A stretch of 49,473 nucleotides of DNA from a virus (lineage: Duplodnaviria > Caudoviricetes). Under the pieces are notes generated by a model. It saw only the letters and a program-made list of their open reading frames with translations, searched no databases and had not been told where the DNA came from. Within the stretch, counting starts at the first letter, position 1. The number at the start of each line of letters is the position of its first letter. Shown one piece after another: positions 36,860 to 46,485 of this stretch. The stretch spans positions 1-49,473 of IMG/VR virus record IMGVR_UViG_3300025417_000030, one strand, 5' to 3'. The translations under genes were made by a program, and so were the position numbers.

Positions 36860-37057
36860 TTAAAATTCATCATAATCTGTTAAATCAATTTCATCTCCTT
36901 TCCAATTAATTCCTTTAACGATATCTCCTGTTGAAGTAAAAATAATTTTTAAACCAAAATGACCACCTGTTGTTCCAAGATAAGGTAAAGGATTAAAAGT
37001 TTCTTTCCATTGTTCAAACTTTTTTTCCTGTTCATTGGTTAATTCTATTTTTATCAT
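36860..37057 (-). CDS. hypothetical protein
   Basis: ORF; GTTGG...F..T..G...IDLTDY pattern. Confidence 0.7.
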   Translation of the reverse strand: MIKIELTNEQEKKFEQWKETFNPLPYLGTTGGHFGLKIIFTSTGDIVKGINWKGDEIDLTDYDEF

Positions 37058-37058
37058 T

Positions 37059-37475
37059 TTATATTGTTTTTACTATTTTTACATCAAAAGGAAATTTTTG
37101 CGAATCATAAAAATCAATTAATGCTTGATTACTTCTTGGAACTTTATGATAATAGTACATCCATTGATTTTCAATAATTAAACCTAATTCGTCTTTAAGC
37201 ATTTCCTTAGTAATATCTATCCAACCTAATTTTTCTTTATAATTATTTTGAAGAAATGTTTTAGGATTTATTGAATAAGCAAATTCAATGATTTCATTAT
37301 GATTTTTTGAAAGAAATTTATCTGTTAATTCTATAAAAAAATCAACTTCTTTAATATAATTAAAATTTTGTCTTAAACGACGTTTTTCTTTATCTTTAGA
37401 TTTTTTTGTTTTTTGTTCAAATACATCAAATCTATAAATTTTATAGATTGCATCTTTTACTTTACCATTTGGCAT
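37059..37475 (-). CDS. hypothetical protein
   Basis: ORF. Confidence 0.65.
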   Translation of the reverse strand: MPNGKVKDAIYKIYRFDVFEQKTKKSKDKEKRRLRQNFNYIKEVDFFIELTDKFLSKNHNEIIEFAYSINPKTFLQNNYKEKLGWIDITKEMLKDELGLIIENQWMYYYHKVPRSNQALIDFYDSQKFPFDVKIVKTI

Positions 37476-37754
37476 AATATTTCTTTTTTCGTTTCTTTAA
37501 TAGTTTCTTCTAAATTTTTGTACTCTAATTTTCTTTTGCATTTTTGTAGAGTATAACCGTGCAAAGCCATAAACCAAAGAAAGAAATCAATAGTAAAAAT
37601 ATGATTATCTACCCAACTATTTGACATTTCTTTTAATATTTTTTTCTTCACTATATACATTATACAATGCTTTAAAAACATCTTTTTGGTTGTGAAAATC
37701 TTTTAAAACATCAGGTAAATGTAACCCTTTTTCACGAAATTCATTTATATCCAT
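37457..37754 (-). pseudogene. conserved phage protein frameshifted in A7 run (37639-37645)
   Basis: MDINEFREKGLHLPDVLKDFHNQKDVFK from ATG 37754 joins WVDNHIFTIDFFLWFMALHGYTLQK if one A is removed. Confidence 0.7.
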
Positions 37755-39034
37755 TATTTTACAGTTTCATAGAAATTTACTCTTAATTGTAAAAGCATTT
37801 CATTTAAAAAATCAACACTTACATTTTCAGGTAATTCAGATGATTTTGAAAGGGTTTCAATTTCACTTACTTTTTTATTTGCATCTTCAATAAGATTATC
37901 ATAAGAATATTTACCTGCTCTTATTTCTAATAATTGTTCACGGTTGTCTCTTCTTACATTGATTTTTCTTTCCTTGAAAATTTCTATACACATATCCAAA
38001 AGTCTATGACAATGCATCATGTTCTTGGTGTCGTAAGCAGCACCATTATCCATATTGTTTTGGTAACGCACTTCATTTCTTTTTTCTACCCATTCCCAAT
38101 ATTCTCTGTGCTGCTGACAAAAATTTTGAAAACCTTCAATATTTACATATACTTGACATAAAGGGTTTTGACCTTTTTCAATAGAATCAAAAACAGGCTG
38201 AACATCATCTTTATCAATTATTCCTTTATATTTCCAAACATTTATCTCATCCATTTTTGTTAGCCAAGACGCATATTTTTCTATCATATTTTTATAAATT
38301 TTTGGCTTATATTTTACAATATAAGAATCTAAATTTATAAAAAAACAAAAAATATTTTTTTCAATAAAATTTAATTCGTCAATAGCTTCAATAATAAATT
38401 TATTTCTTTCTTTTTCAATTATTGGGTCAACAAATAGATTGTAAGTATTTTTCATATGGTCTATTGCAGAAATACCACACCACTTTAACTTAATTCCTTT
38501 TTCTTCCAAATAATCTTTTAAAGCAATTGAGCCTGTTCCTTTAGCAACCCAAATAAAATCTGATAATCCTTTTCTTTCTTTTGGCATTGGATTAACTATT
38601 TTTTTATTTGTACCTCTTGCTTTTTTGATTTGTGATTCTGCATACTTTCCAAAAGAATAATAACACTTCTTTGATAAAAACTTTTCCTTTTGATTTATAA
38701 AAAAATGTCTATAAAACTCATGACAAGTAATTATTGTATCAAAAGGTGGATTTACTAGGTCTAATATATTTGGATTTCCTGTAGATAAAAGTTCAACAAA
38801 ACGTCTTATTTCATAACCAACATAATCATCTGAAATATTTATTTGGTCTGTTTGGGTACCTTTTAAAATTTCTTCAATTGGTTCAATATAAACAAACTTT
38901 TTATCAATATCGGAAGTAGGTAAAGCAGTACCGTATGCTTGAGAACCAACAACACATTCCAAGATTATTAATCCTTTTTCTTTTAGTTCATTATATTTTG
39001 CTAATGCCTGTTTTCCAATAATTATTTTTTCCAT
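37754..39034 (-). CDS. Pol-beta family nucleotidyltransferase (RlaP/YcgL-like)
   Basis: GSQAYGTALPTSDID, NPNIL, YDTKNMMHCHRLL, LLEIRAG. Confidence 0.85.
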   Translation of the reverse strand: MEKIIIGKQALAKYNELKEKGLIILECVVGSQAYGTALPTSDIDKKFVYIEPIEEILKGTQTDQINISDDYVGYEIRRFVELLSTGNPNILDLVNPPFDTIITCHEFYRHFFINQKEKFLSKKCYYSFGKYAESQIKKARGTNKKIVNPMPKERKGLSDFIWVAKGTGSIALKDYLEEKGIKLKWCGISAIDHMKNTYNLFVDPIIEKERNKFIIEAIDELNFIEKNIFCFFINLDSYIVKYKPKIYKNMIEKYASWLTKMDEINVWKYKGIIDKDDVQPVFDSIEKGQNPLCQVYVNIEGFQNFCQQHREYWEWVEKRNEVRYQNNMDNGAAYDTKNMMHCHRLLDMCIEIFKERKINVRRDNREQLLEIRAGKYSYDNLIEDANKKVSEIETLSKSSELPENVSVDFLNEMLLQLRVNFYETVK

Positions 39035-39053
39035 TTACTTATTTTTTATTTTA

Positions 39054-39266
39054 TTACACTAATTTTAATTCGTTATTAACTAAGGTGCAATCAGAAAAAT
39101 ATTTTGCCCCTTCAGGGAGTTTACTTTTTTCTGCAACAAGAATATCTCTTATTTTGAAATATTCTAAACCAACTAATTCCAAATCATAATCTTTATGATA
39201 ATTTCTATCATAAGCATGAACTTTGTTTTCAATTTCTAGCAATTTTTTAAATTCTTCTTTTGTCAT
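39054..39266 (-). CDS. hypothetical protein
   Basis: ORF. Confidence 0.6.
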   Translation of the reverse strand: MTKEEFKKLLEIENKVHAYDRNYHKDYDLELVGLEYFKIRDILVAEKSKLPEGAKYFSDCTLVNNELKLV

Positions 39267-39268
39267 TT

Positions 39269-39907
39269 TTACTTTGTTTTAGGAAAAAATTCATATTCTC
39301 CTGTTAAATAATTGATTTTATATACTCCATCCGGTGTTTTATATTTATAAATTCTACCACAATTTTGTTCAGCAAATAAAAATTCATCTGTTGAAACTGA
39401 TTTATCAACTCCACAAATTACTTCTTTAGTTTTAAGATTGTAAATTTCTTTTTTGTAATTACCCAAAATCCCACCAATAAAACAAGGATAATCTAAACTA
39501 TTTTCAGCGGTAATTATTTCATTTGCATTTTCATCAATAATTACATGAGTTCCAGAATCCTTAGTTATATCTTTATAGCGTATAATACAACAAAAATCAA
39601 CTTCTTTTTTGTTGTCATAACTACCACTGAAAAATCCACTAAAAAATCCACCTTGTCTATAAAAATAATCAGAAATTTTCTTATCATCCTTATACAATTG
39701 ACAATAATTAGATTTATTATTTTTATCCTTATGTTCATAATGACGCATTTCAATTCCTTTTCCAATATATCCTGTAGGTACTTTTTTCTTAGGAATATTT
39801 GTTTTGTTGTTTAATGCCAATATAAAAGGTAAAAATCCAATACCTAACCCAGCACCTAAATCAGAATCTTTTAAAGAATCAATTGCATCTAAAATTTCAT
39901 TATTCAT
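39269..39907 (-). CDS. hypothetical protein
   Basis: ORF. Confidence 0.7.
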   Translation of the reverse strand: MNNEILDAIDSLKDSDLGAGLGIGFLPFILALNNKTNIPKKKVPTGYIGKGIEMRHYEHKDKNNKSNYCQLYKDDKKISDYFYRQGGFFSGFFSGSYDNKKEVDFCCIIRYKDITKDSGTHVIIDENANEIITAENSLDYPCFIGGILGNYKKEIYNLKTKEVICGVDKSVSTDEFLFAEQNCGRIYKYKTPDGVYKINYLTGEYEFFPKTK

Positions 39908-40295
39908 AATTTTCTTCTTCGTTAAAAATAAAATAATAATTCATTAGTTTAGTATTATATTCAGCAAATGAACTTGTTTCTTTGTTTGTTAAAACTTCCC
40001 AATCAACTTCTTTTATCACTCCTGTTTCTTTAGGGTTAATTGGGAATTGTTTTTCACCAAAAATACACAAAAAAGTTGTGGTTAAATATTCTCCTTCAAT
40101 TTCTTTAAATAAAAATTTCATAGCAGAAATTTGTTTACCTAATTCTTCAAAAACTTCTCTTGAAATTGCTTCTTCTAAAGTTTCACCTTCATCAACTTTT
40201 CCTCCAGGTAATCCAAAATCATTAGGGTTATCTTTTCTGCTAACGGCAATAATTTTGCCGTTAGAGTGTATTAATGCACATACTGCTTGTTTCAT
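39900..40295 (-). CDS. NUDIX hydrolase
   Basis: LPGGKVDEGETLEEAISREVFEELG. Confidence 0.9.
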   Translation of the reverse strand: MKQAVCALIHSNGKIIAVSRKDNPNDFGLPGGKVDEGETLEEAISREVFEELGKQISAMKFLFKEIEGEYLTTTFLCIFGEKQFPINPKETGVIKEVDWEVLTNKETSSFAEYNTKLMNYYFIFNEEENYE

Positions 40296-40299
40296 ATTT

Positions 40300-41037
40300 T
40301 TAATTTAATCTTGCATAATTGTTTTTAGAACTTCCATTTAATCCAGAATTGATATTAACTTTATTTCCTGCATTTACTCCGTGACTAAATGAATTTGCAT
40401 TTGGGTTATATGTTGCAGAACTTTTTACAGTTTTTAATTTAATATTTACATCAATTTTGTATTGACTTTCTACAATTGCCATTTTATTAACTTTCATCAA
40501 TCCTCTTTCTTGATTATTTGATTGTGCAAATTGTGTTTTTAATTCATTTAATCTTTGCCTTAACCTTGTAGTCATACCATAAGTAAATGTGGTTGATTTA
40601 GTTTTACCAGGAGCTGGATCTAAAGCATAATCCGTAGATTTAATATAATTTCTTTTAGCATTTTTCACAGCATTATCCAAAAGATTATATAGATACATAG
40701 CAACTTCCAAATCTTTTGTCATTCCATAAAAAGAATAAATAATACAATTAGGCCTTCTTTGGAACCAAACTTTTACATCTGTATATTTTCCAATAGTATT
40801 AATTAAATTATACATATGGTCTCCAACTTTTGAATCAGTAGTAATTTTTCGAGTTTCGTACTTTTCTTGTTGGTACTCAACTTCTGACATATCCAAATCA
40901 TATTCAGACATTAACCTACCTACTACTTCTGATGCACTTAATGCTTCTGCTTCTGTACAACCATTAGCTTCTGTTTTTAACATCAAAGCTTTAATTTTTT
41001 CAGCGATTGCTTTTCTCTTTTCTTGATTAACTGTCAT
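40300..41037 (-). CDS. DUF2786-domain protein
   Basis: KIKALM...NGCTEAEA..A....LM..Y N-terminus. Confidence 0.75.
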   Translation of the reverse strand: MTVNQEKRKAIAEKIKALMLKTEANGCTEAEALSASEVVGRLMSEYDLDMSEVEYQQEKYETRKITTDSKVGDHMYNLINTIGKYTDVKVWFQRRPNCIIYSFYGMTKDLEVAMYLYNLLDNAVKNAKRNYIKSTDYALDPAPGKTKSTTFTYGMTTRLRQRLNELKTQFAQSNNQERGLMKVNKMAIVESQYKIDVNIKLKTVKSSATYNPNANSFSHGVNAGNKVNINSGLNGSSKNNYARLN

Positions 41038-41062
41038 ATACTTTTTGTTTTTGTTTACATTA

Positions 41063-41091
41063 CAAAAGTACAACTTTTTTTATCTACTTTT
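41063..41091 (-). promoter_or_regulatory. class 1 promoter
   Basis: AAAAGTAGATAA-aaaaagttg-TACTTTTG. Confidence 0.8.
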
Positions 41092-41342
41092 TAAAAATCT
41101 TCAGAATCTTCTATAAAAGGAAAATATTTTAAATTAGTTGAAATAACATAAGGAGAATTTATTGAAGTTACTGTAAGCATTTTTATATCTTCTAATTTAT
41201 TATAGTATCTGGGTTGTAAATCCTCGTCTAATTTCCACAATGTAATTAAATCTTCAGTTATATTATGAACGATAAAATAGCCATTATTCCATTTAAAACT
41301 GCCATCAGCACGAAGCACTACTATATCATTTATTTCAAACAT
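41091..41342 (-). CDS. hypothetical protein
   Basis: ORF. Confidence 0.6.
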   Translation of the reverse strand: MFEINDIVVLRADGSFKWNNGYFIVHNITEDLITLWKLDEDLQPRYYNKLEDIKMLTVTSINSPYVISTNLKYFPFIEDSEDF

Positions 41343-41752
41343 TTTTGAATTATTATTTTATTAGAAACTAATAAACCAGTAACATCTTCAAAATATAAAG
41401 ATTCTTTAGGAATTAAACATTCAAAGATTTTATTTTGTTTTGCTTCAAATTCTTTTATATTAATTCTTTCTTTTAATTTAAAAGAATGAAAACCAGCACC
41501 TATTATTTTAACATCAGAAATTTTATGATAACAATAGTATGAAATTGCAGTACTATCAAAGAAATGTCCTGGATGTAACTCTTGCAATTTCATAAAAGTA
41601 AAATCTGTTGTTTTTATTTCATTTAATTTATACTCAAAATTAAAAGCTACATAAGGAGCTTTTAATTTCCCATTCACAAATTTTAAGATTTTAAAACAAG
41701 TAATATCTTCTGTTGCAATAAAAGGATTTTTTTGTTTAGTTACTAAGCACAT
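41330..41752 (-). CDS. hypothetical phage protein
   Basis: MCL...A.EDI.C.K...GFHSF...ECLIPK pattern. Confidence 0.7.
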   Translation of the reverse strand: MCLVTKQKNPFIATEDITCFKILKFVNGKLKAPYVAFNFEYKLNEIKTTDFTFMKLQELHPGHFFDSTAISYYCYHKISDVKIIGAGFHSFKLKERINIKEFEAKQNKIFECLIPKESLYFEDVTGLLVSNKIIIQKCLK

Positions 41753-41755
41753 AAT

Positions 41756-42187
41756 TTATCTTTTTAAAAGTTTATTTGTTTCTTTTTTCAAGTCTTTTTC
41801 TTTTAAGGAATTTTTTTTATCAAAAGTTTTTTTCCCTTTACACAAACCAATTTTTACTTTTACTAAATTAGTTTTATTAAAGAAAATACTTAATGCCATT
41901 ATAGTTAATCCTTTTTCTTTAATAGCTTTTTGTAATTTATTAATTTCTTTTTTATGTAATAAAAGCTTTTTATCACGTTTTTCTTCGTGATCAGCAAATT
42001 TAAAAACATTATGTTTATCAATATGACAATTTCTTAAAAAAATTTCACCGTTTTGAATTACACAAAAAGATTCTTTAATAGAAAGTCTATTGTCAATAAT
42101 AGATTTCAATTCACTTCCTGTTAATACAATCCCCGCAATATATTCTTCTAATACTTCGTAATTAAAGTAGGCTTGTTTATTTTCCAT
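41756..42187 (-). CDS. smpB: SsrA-binding protein SmpB
   Basis: NKQAYFNY, AGIVLTGSELKSI, RDKKLLLHKKEI, GLTI, GKKTFDK. Confidence 0.93.
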   Translation of the reverse strand: MENKQAYFNYEVLEEYIAGIVLTGSELKSIIDNRLSIKESFCVIQNGEIFLRNCHIDKHNVFKFADHEEKRDKKLLLHKKEINKLQKAIKEKGLTIMALSIFFNKTNLVKVKIGLCKGKKTFDKKNSLKEKDLKKETNKLLKR

Positions 42188-42206
42188 AATATTTTTTGTT
42201 ATACAA

Positions 42207-42233
42207 CAAAGGTACAAAGAAATTATATACTTT
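42207..42233 (-). promoter_or_regulatory. class 1 promoter variant for smpB
   Basis: AAAGTATATAA-tttctttg-TACCTTTG. Confidence 0.6.
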
Positions 42234-42519
42234 GATAATTATTAAATTCCACTTTACATTGAAAAATAAAACTTAATAATTCTTCTAATGCTTTTTGATT
42301 TATGCCTTTATTACCATGAAATGAATAAAAACCTGAAGTATGATTAAATGCTAATTTTATGTCAATAATATTATCAATTTTTTCTACTGACATATTAATT
42401 ATTCCATAATTTTCAATTAAATCACATTCACCAATGCTCGCAAGTTTTTCCCATTCCTTAATTATTTTTTTTAATAGAAAATAATTTTTTGCTTTAGCAA
42501 TAAGTTCTTTTACATTCAT
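42223..42519 (-). CDS. hypothetical protein
   Basis: ORF. Confidence 0.6.
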   Translation of the reverse strand: MNVKELIAKAKNYFLLKKIIKEWEKLASIGECDLIENYGIINMSVEKIDNIIDIKLAFNHTSGFYSFHGNKGINQKALEELLSFIFQCKVEFNNYQSI

Positions 42520-42536
42520 AATATTTATTTTTAAAT

Positions 42537-42932
42537 TTAAAAACAATAACCACAGAATTTATAACCGGGTTTAACTCTTCTTTTAAAACAATGTTGACAC
42601 CATTCAGGATTATTTTTTCTACTTAATAATTCCAAAGGAGTTAATTTTTTATTTAAGTTTTGAAGCCTATCAGTAATTTTATTTAATTTAGGATTATACT
42701 TAAGAATTAATTCAAATTCTAATTGTAACATTTCTTTTTCACTGTCACATTTCTTTTCAATCTCAAATTTTAAATCCTTACCGTTATATTTATGCCATCT
42801 AAATCTATCTTTTAAGATTTGAGTGGTTGTTCCAATATAAACCAATTGATTCGTAATTTTATCATAACCTTTATAAACATAAAAGCCTCTATCATTAAAT
42901 TCAGTTGGAATATTTTGATATACTTTAATCAT
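42537..42932 (-). CDS. GIY-YIG nuclease with C-terminal Cys cluster
   Basis: FYVY...YIGTT...RFRWH...E..LI..YNPKLN; CQHC/CGYC. Confidence 0.8.
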   Translation of the reverse strand: MIKVYQNIPTEFNDRGFYVYKGYDKITNQLVYIGTTTQILKDRFRWHKYNGKDLKFEIEKKCDSEKEMLQLEFELILKYNPKLNKITDRLQNLNKKLTPLELLSRKNNPEWCQHCFKRRVKPGYKFCGYCF

Positions 42933-42936
42933 ACCA

Positions 42937-42964
42937 CAAAATTAAATAAAATTTTATCTACTTT
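42937..42964 (-). promoter_or_regulatory. class 1 promoter
   Basis: AAAGTAGATAA-aattttatt-TAATTTTG. Confidence 0.8.
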
Positions 42965-42975
42965 CATTAAAACTC

Positions 42976-43006
42976 AAAAAAATGCCTGCTAAATTTTTAG
43001 CAGGCA
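42976..43006 (-). terminator. intrinsic terminator
   Basis: TGCCTGCTAAA/TTTAGCAGGCA stem with T7 on minus strand. Confidence 0.8.
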
Positions 43007-43022
43007 ATATAATTGTTTGTTT

Positions 43023-43555
43023 TTAATCTTTTAATTTCTGATAATAATATAAATCTTCCGTCAAATGGTCCATAGCAATTTCTTTTTTTAATTTCATTAT
43101 CATTTGAATGTTCTGCTTCTATTTTAATTCCTTTTACTAATTGTTTTTTAACTACTTCTTCTGAAACTTTATATTTTTTTTACTAATGATTGAATTGTAC
43201 TTTTATCTACTACGCCTCCAACTAATTTATTTTCGTTAATTTTTTCAACATCTATCATAATACTTTCTATTGCTTTAAGTTGTAATAAATTATCCAAAAG
43301 TTTTTTTAATCTTGTTAAATCTCCGCTTGTATTTATAATAATATTTGGTATTGTTTGATATAATAAAGATTCATAACCGTGATTTATAAGAAAAGAATTA
43401 ATATTTCTAGCTGTTTTTTTAAGTTCAAATCCATCAGAAATTTTAAAAGTTAATTGAATATCATCAGAATATTCATTAGTTTCCTTTATCATTCCTTTTT
43501 TTCTAAGAATTGAGATTGTTTCTTTTATTAACTTTCTTTTTTCAAATTTAGTCAT
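43023..43555 (-). pseudogene. leader-bearing protein with C-terminal DUF5661-like domain, frameshifted in A8 run (43174-43181)
   Basis: Removing one A extends ORF with GIKIEAEH...EIAMDHLTED.YYYQKL*. Confidence 0.7.
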
Positions 43556-43557
43556 TT

Positions 43558-45039
43558 TTATTTCCAAATTAAAAGTGGTATAGTTGTTCTTTTAGTTTCA
43601 AACATAATTTGGCCTAATCCTTTTTGTGTATTTTCATATAATCCGATTACTACATTTATACCATAATCTTTTTTACCCGCTGAGTCTATTATTTGTCTTT
43701 TTTCTCCAATAATAGTTCTATTTTTATGATTTCCTTTAATTAAGAAATATTGACCTTCTTTGTTTTTAACGAGGGTATTTGCTTCTTTAGTATGTTGTGT
43801 TACATTTGAATAAACCTCGTTAATTCCGTTCTTTAAATTAAGCATACCCACATTCTTAACACTCCATGTAGAAGTATAATTTAATTTGCTTGGTTCATAA
43901 TCTTCAAAAATATCAGATCCTTTAAAATTGTTTAAACTTCTATTAGCTAAATCATTTCCAACAAATTTCTTAAATTCTTTTAATTGGTTTTGTTGTTTAT
44001 TTTTATTTTCAATAGGTAATTTTATTTTTCTTATAGCTTCGTTTAAACTTGAAAAAGAGTAATTTTTTATACTAAATGGATTACCTTTATTTGTGTCTTT
44101 ATAATTTATAATATAAGTTTTGTTAGCATATTCAGCTAACATTTTTAAAGAATTTTTATTACCAGAAATTTTTCTTAAAGTTACATTTTCTCTTTTAAAG
44201 TTTTCTCCTAAATAACCTAATTCTTTTGTTGAAAGCATAATACCAGTTAATATAATTTGTACAGGAACTCCACCCAAATTTACTTCTTTGTTAATAGTTT
44301 CAACTTCACAAGGTGGACAATTTTCAATTTCTTCTTCAACAGGGATTTCTACTTCTTCTTCATCATCTAATAACAATTGTAAATCTTCAGAATCTTCATC
44401 CTGATATTCAGGTTCAGTTTCTTCGTAAGAAGGGGTAAATGAATATTCCAATTCATCTTCAAAATCATCATCTGGCGTAAAATCTGTTTCATCATTGAAA
44501 AAATCGAATTCTTCTGTAGGTTTATTATACCCACTTATTTCTTCAACATAATCACCTGAAGTATCGTAATTTTCTGTGTCACCTAATATTTCATCAAATT
44601 CACTTGTAAGAATACTATTTGAATCATCAATTATTGTTTCCTCGATATCATCATCAGTTTCAGATAATAAGTCAATTGATTCAATTTGATTTTGTTTTGG
44701 CAAAAATTCTGCTAATACACTTCTTAAATCATCAAGTGTAATTGTTTTATTAGAATTTGATGTTTCTGGTTGGTCATCAAATAAAGATTCCAAATCATCA
44801 TCAAACCCTAAATTTTCTTTAACATATTTTTTCATTTGTTTTTCTTTAAGAACTTTAACTACAAAATTATCTTCTTCAGCGTTATAAGTTACTGATTTTT
44901 TATTCCCTAACATTTTATTACAATATTCACCCCATTCAATATCATTTAAACTATTTAATAATTTATATTCTTCTGAAAAATTATTAAAAGTTTCTTTATT
45001 TATTAAATTTTTAAATAATAATATTTTTGGGATAAACAT
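43558..45039 (-). CDS. acidic low-complexity protein, possible head core/scaffold component
   Basis: Long D/E-rich central region; class 2 promoter; LKE/VKE sites. Confidence 0.6.
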   Translation of the reverse strand: MFIPKILLFKNLINKETFNNFSEEYKLLNSLNDIEWGEYCNKMLGNKKSVTYNAEEDNFVVKVLKEKQMKKYVKENLGFDDDLESLFDDQPETSNSNKTITLDDLRSVLAEFLPKQNQIESIDLLSETDDDIEETIIDDSNSILTSEFDEILGDTENYDTSGDYVEEISGYNKPTEEFDFFNDETDFTPDDDFEDELEYSFTPSYEETEPEYQDEDSEDLQLLLDDEEEVEIPVEEEIENCPPCEVETINKEVNLGGVPVQIILTGIMLSTKELGYLGENFKRENVTLRKISGNKNSLKMLAEYANKTYIINYKDTNKGNPFSIKNYSFSSLNEAIRKIKLPIENKNKQQNQLKEFKKFVGNDLANRSLNNFKGSDIFEDYEPSKLNYTSTWSVKNVGMLNLKNGINEVYSNVTQHTKEANTLVKNKEGQYFLIKGNHKNRTIIGEKRQIIDSAGKKDYGINVVIGLYENTQKGLGQIMFETKRTTIPLLIWK

Positions 45040-45040
45040 T

Positions 45041-45060
45041 TTTTATTTTTTAATTATTGT
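45041..45060 (-). promoter_or_regulatory. class 2 promoter motif
   Basis: ACAATAATTAAAAAATAAAA. Confidence 0.6.
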
Positions 45061-45064
45061 AATT

Positions 45065-46207
45065 TTACTTTTTAGATTTCTTAAATTCTTTTATTAAAGT
45101 TTTTCTATAACTATATGTTTTTGACAACAAAAATTCTTTTAAATTAAATTTATTTTCATTTATAAATTTTTTAGTCCCACCACAATTTTTTAAAATAAAT
45201 TTTGTTAAAGATTCTTTTAATTCTTGTGTTTTAGTGTTATCTAAAATTTTATTTGGGAATTCAGCTTTATTGGAATCTCCAAAAGCATTAATATTTTTAT
45301 TTTGATTTTTACGAACGTTACCTACTCCCATTTCAGGTACGGAAATATCAGCAGTATTATTTTCATTTAATTCTTCATTATTTTTAAGAATTGTAATAAT
45401 TTCAGTCTCCCAATCAACACTAGCTTCAATACCATTTTGTTCTAATATTCCTAAATCATGTTCTATAGATTTATTTATATCATCAAAATCACAATCTTCA
45501 TAAGTAATTTTTTTGCTTATAGGATTATAATCACCTTGTAATTGGCTTTTTAAATCTTCTTGGTCTTCTTCAGCATATTCATTTGTTAAATCATCTACCT
45601 CGTTTAGATCATCATTTTTAAAATAACCTTTATCTTCCTCATCATCTAAAAGATAATCTTTCCCTTCATAAATAAGGCTAAAAAGTTTTTTTACATCTCT
45701 TGCAGCTTCTTTTAACATTTTAGATTCTACCATTGTCCCATTAGGAAATTTACTTGCATCTGTTTTCATTATTTCAACTTCGTTTATATCATTATAAGTT
45801 TTGGTTACTTGTATTAAACTAACATCTACTCCATTACGAATTAATACTTTTGCCTGTATTGGAGTTTTTTCTGTATTTCTAAAACCATGAGAAATTAATT
45901 TATGTTTTTTTCCGTTTATAGTTATTGTATAACCTATTACAGTGCCAAAATATAAACCGTCTTTTAATCCAATTGAATTTTTACTTTCTTTTAACATTAG
46001 TTTAAATTTGTTTATAAAATCTTCTGAACATTTATTGTTAATTAATAATTTATTTTTTTCATAAAAACTTTTAATAAATTCAGGAAATTTATCTGGATTT
46101 TTTAGAATATTAGGTTTTTCTTTATTAAGTGATTTTGTTATCACTTTTTCAGTATCTTGTGTCCAGGGTGTAGCTAATAATTTTTTAAATTCTGTAATAT
46201 TTCCCAT
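45065..46207 (-). CDS. hypothetical protein with many L/I-x-E sites, possible head protein
   Basis: ITE, LKE, INE, LNE recurring. Confidence 0.65.
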   Translation of the reverse strand: MGNITEFKKLLATPWTQDTEKVITKSLNKEKPNILKNPDKFPEFIKSFYEKNKLLINNKCSEDFINKFKLMLKESKNSIGLKDGLYFGTVIGYTITINGKKHKLISHGFRNTEKTPIQAKVLIRNGVDVSLIQVTKTYNDINEVEIMKTDASKFPNGTMVESKMLKEAARDVKKLFSLIYEGKDYLLDDEEDKGYFKNDDLNEVDDLTNEYAEEDQEDLKSQLQGDYNPISKKITYEDCDFDDINKSIEHDLGILEQNGIEASVDWETEIITILKNNEELNENNTADISVPEMGVGNVRKNQNKNINAFGDSNKAEFPNKILDNTKTQELKESLTKFILKNCGGTKKFINENKFNLKEFLLSKTYSYRKTLIKEFKKSKK

Positions 46208-46449
46208 TAATTAATCAATACACTTTGTTTAGAATAGAAGTTCCATAATAAACTTCTTATTTGTTGGCGAATTAAATCTTTAATTCTTTTTTCGTCCTCA
46301 GCAGTTAATTTTTCAGTTAAATATAGTAAATTTTCTGAAGGAATATTTTTACCTTCAAATTGAATTCCATTTTTTGTAGTTTTAAAATTAGACAAAATTT
46401 GCCCAAATTTTAATCCTTTTACTTCCTTCAAAATTATTACTTTTTCCAT
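46207..46449 (-). CDS. hypothetical protein
   Basis: ORF; ILKE, LTE sites. Confidence 0.65.
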   Translation of the reverse strand: MEKVIILKEVKGLKFGQILSNFKTTKNGIQFEGKNIPSENLLYLTEKLTAEDEKRIKDLIRQQIRSLLWNFYSKQSVLIN

Positions 46450-46463
46450 CTTAAAACGAAATG

Positions 46464-46481
46464 TTTTATTTTAATTATTGG
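46464..46481 (-). promoter_or_regulatory. class 2 promoter motif
   Basis: CCAATAATTAAAATAAAA. Confidence 0.55.
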
Positions 46482-46485
46482 AATT

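Noticed and set aside
2546-40308. Overlapping or antisense ORFs (2546, 4144, 8539, 10914, 14259, 17009, 17089, 18710, 19365, 26406, 27038, 28621, 29003, 29626, 30897, 35986, 37934, 39545, 39565, 39982)
   Set aside because: Shadows of better-supported genes, with F/I/L/S-biased composition and no motifs.
1815-42217. Upstream TTG/alternative starts in the ORF track (1815, 6477, 8174, 33987, 41073, 42217)
   Set aside because: They fall within or upstream of the -7 promoter element; downstream ATGs are the plausible starts.
44330-44820. Tandem DNA repeat in the acidic gene
   Set aside because: Low-complexity Asp/Glu codons without an exact repeat unit.
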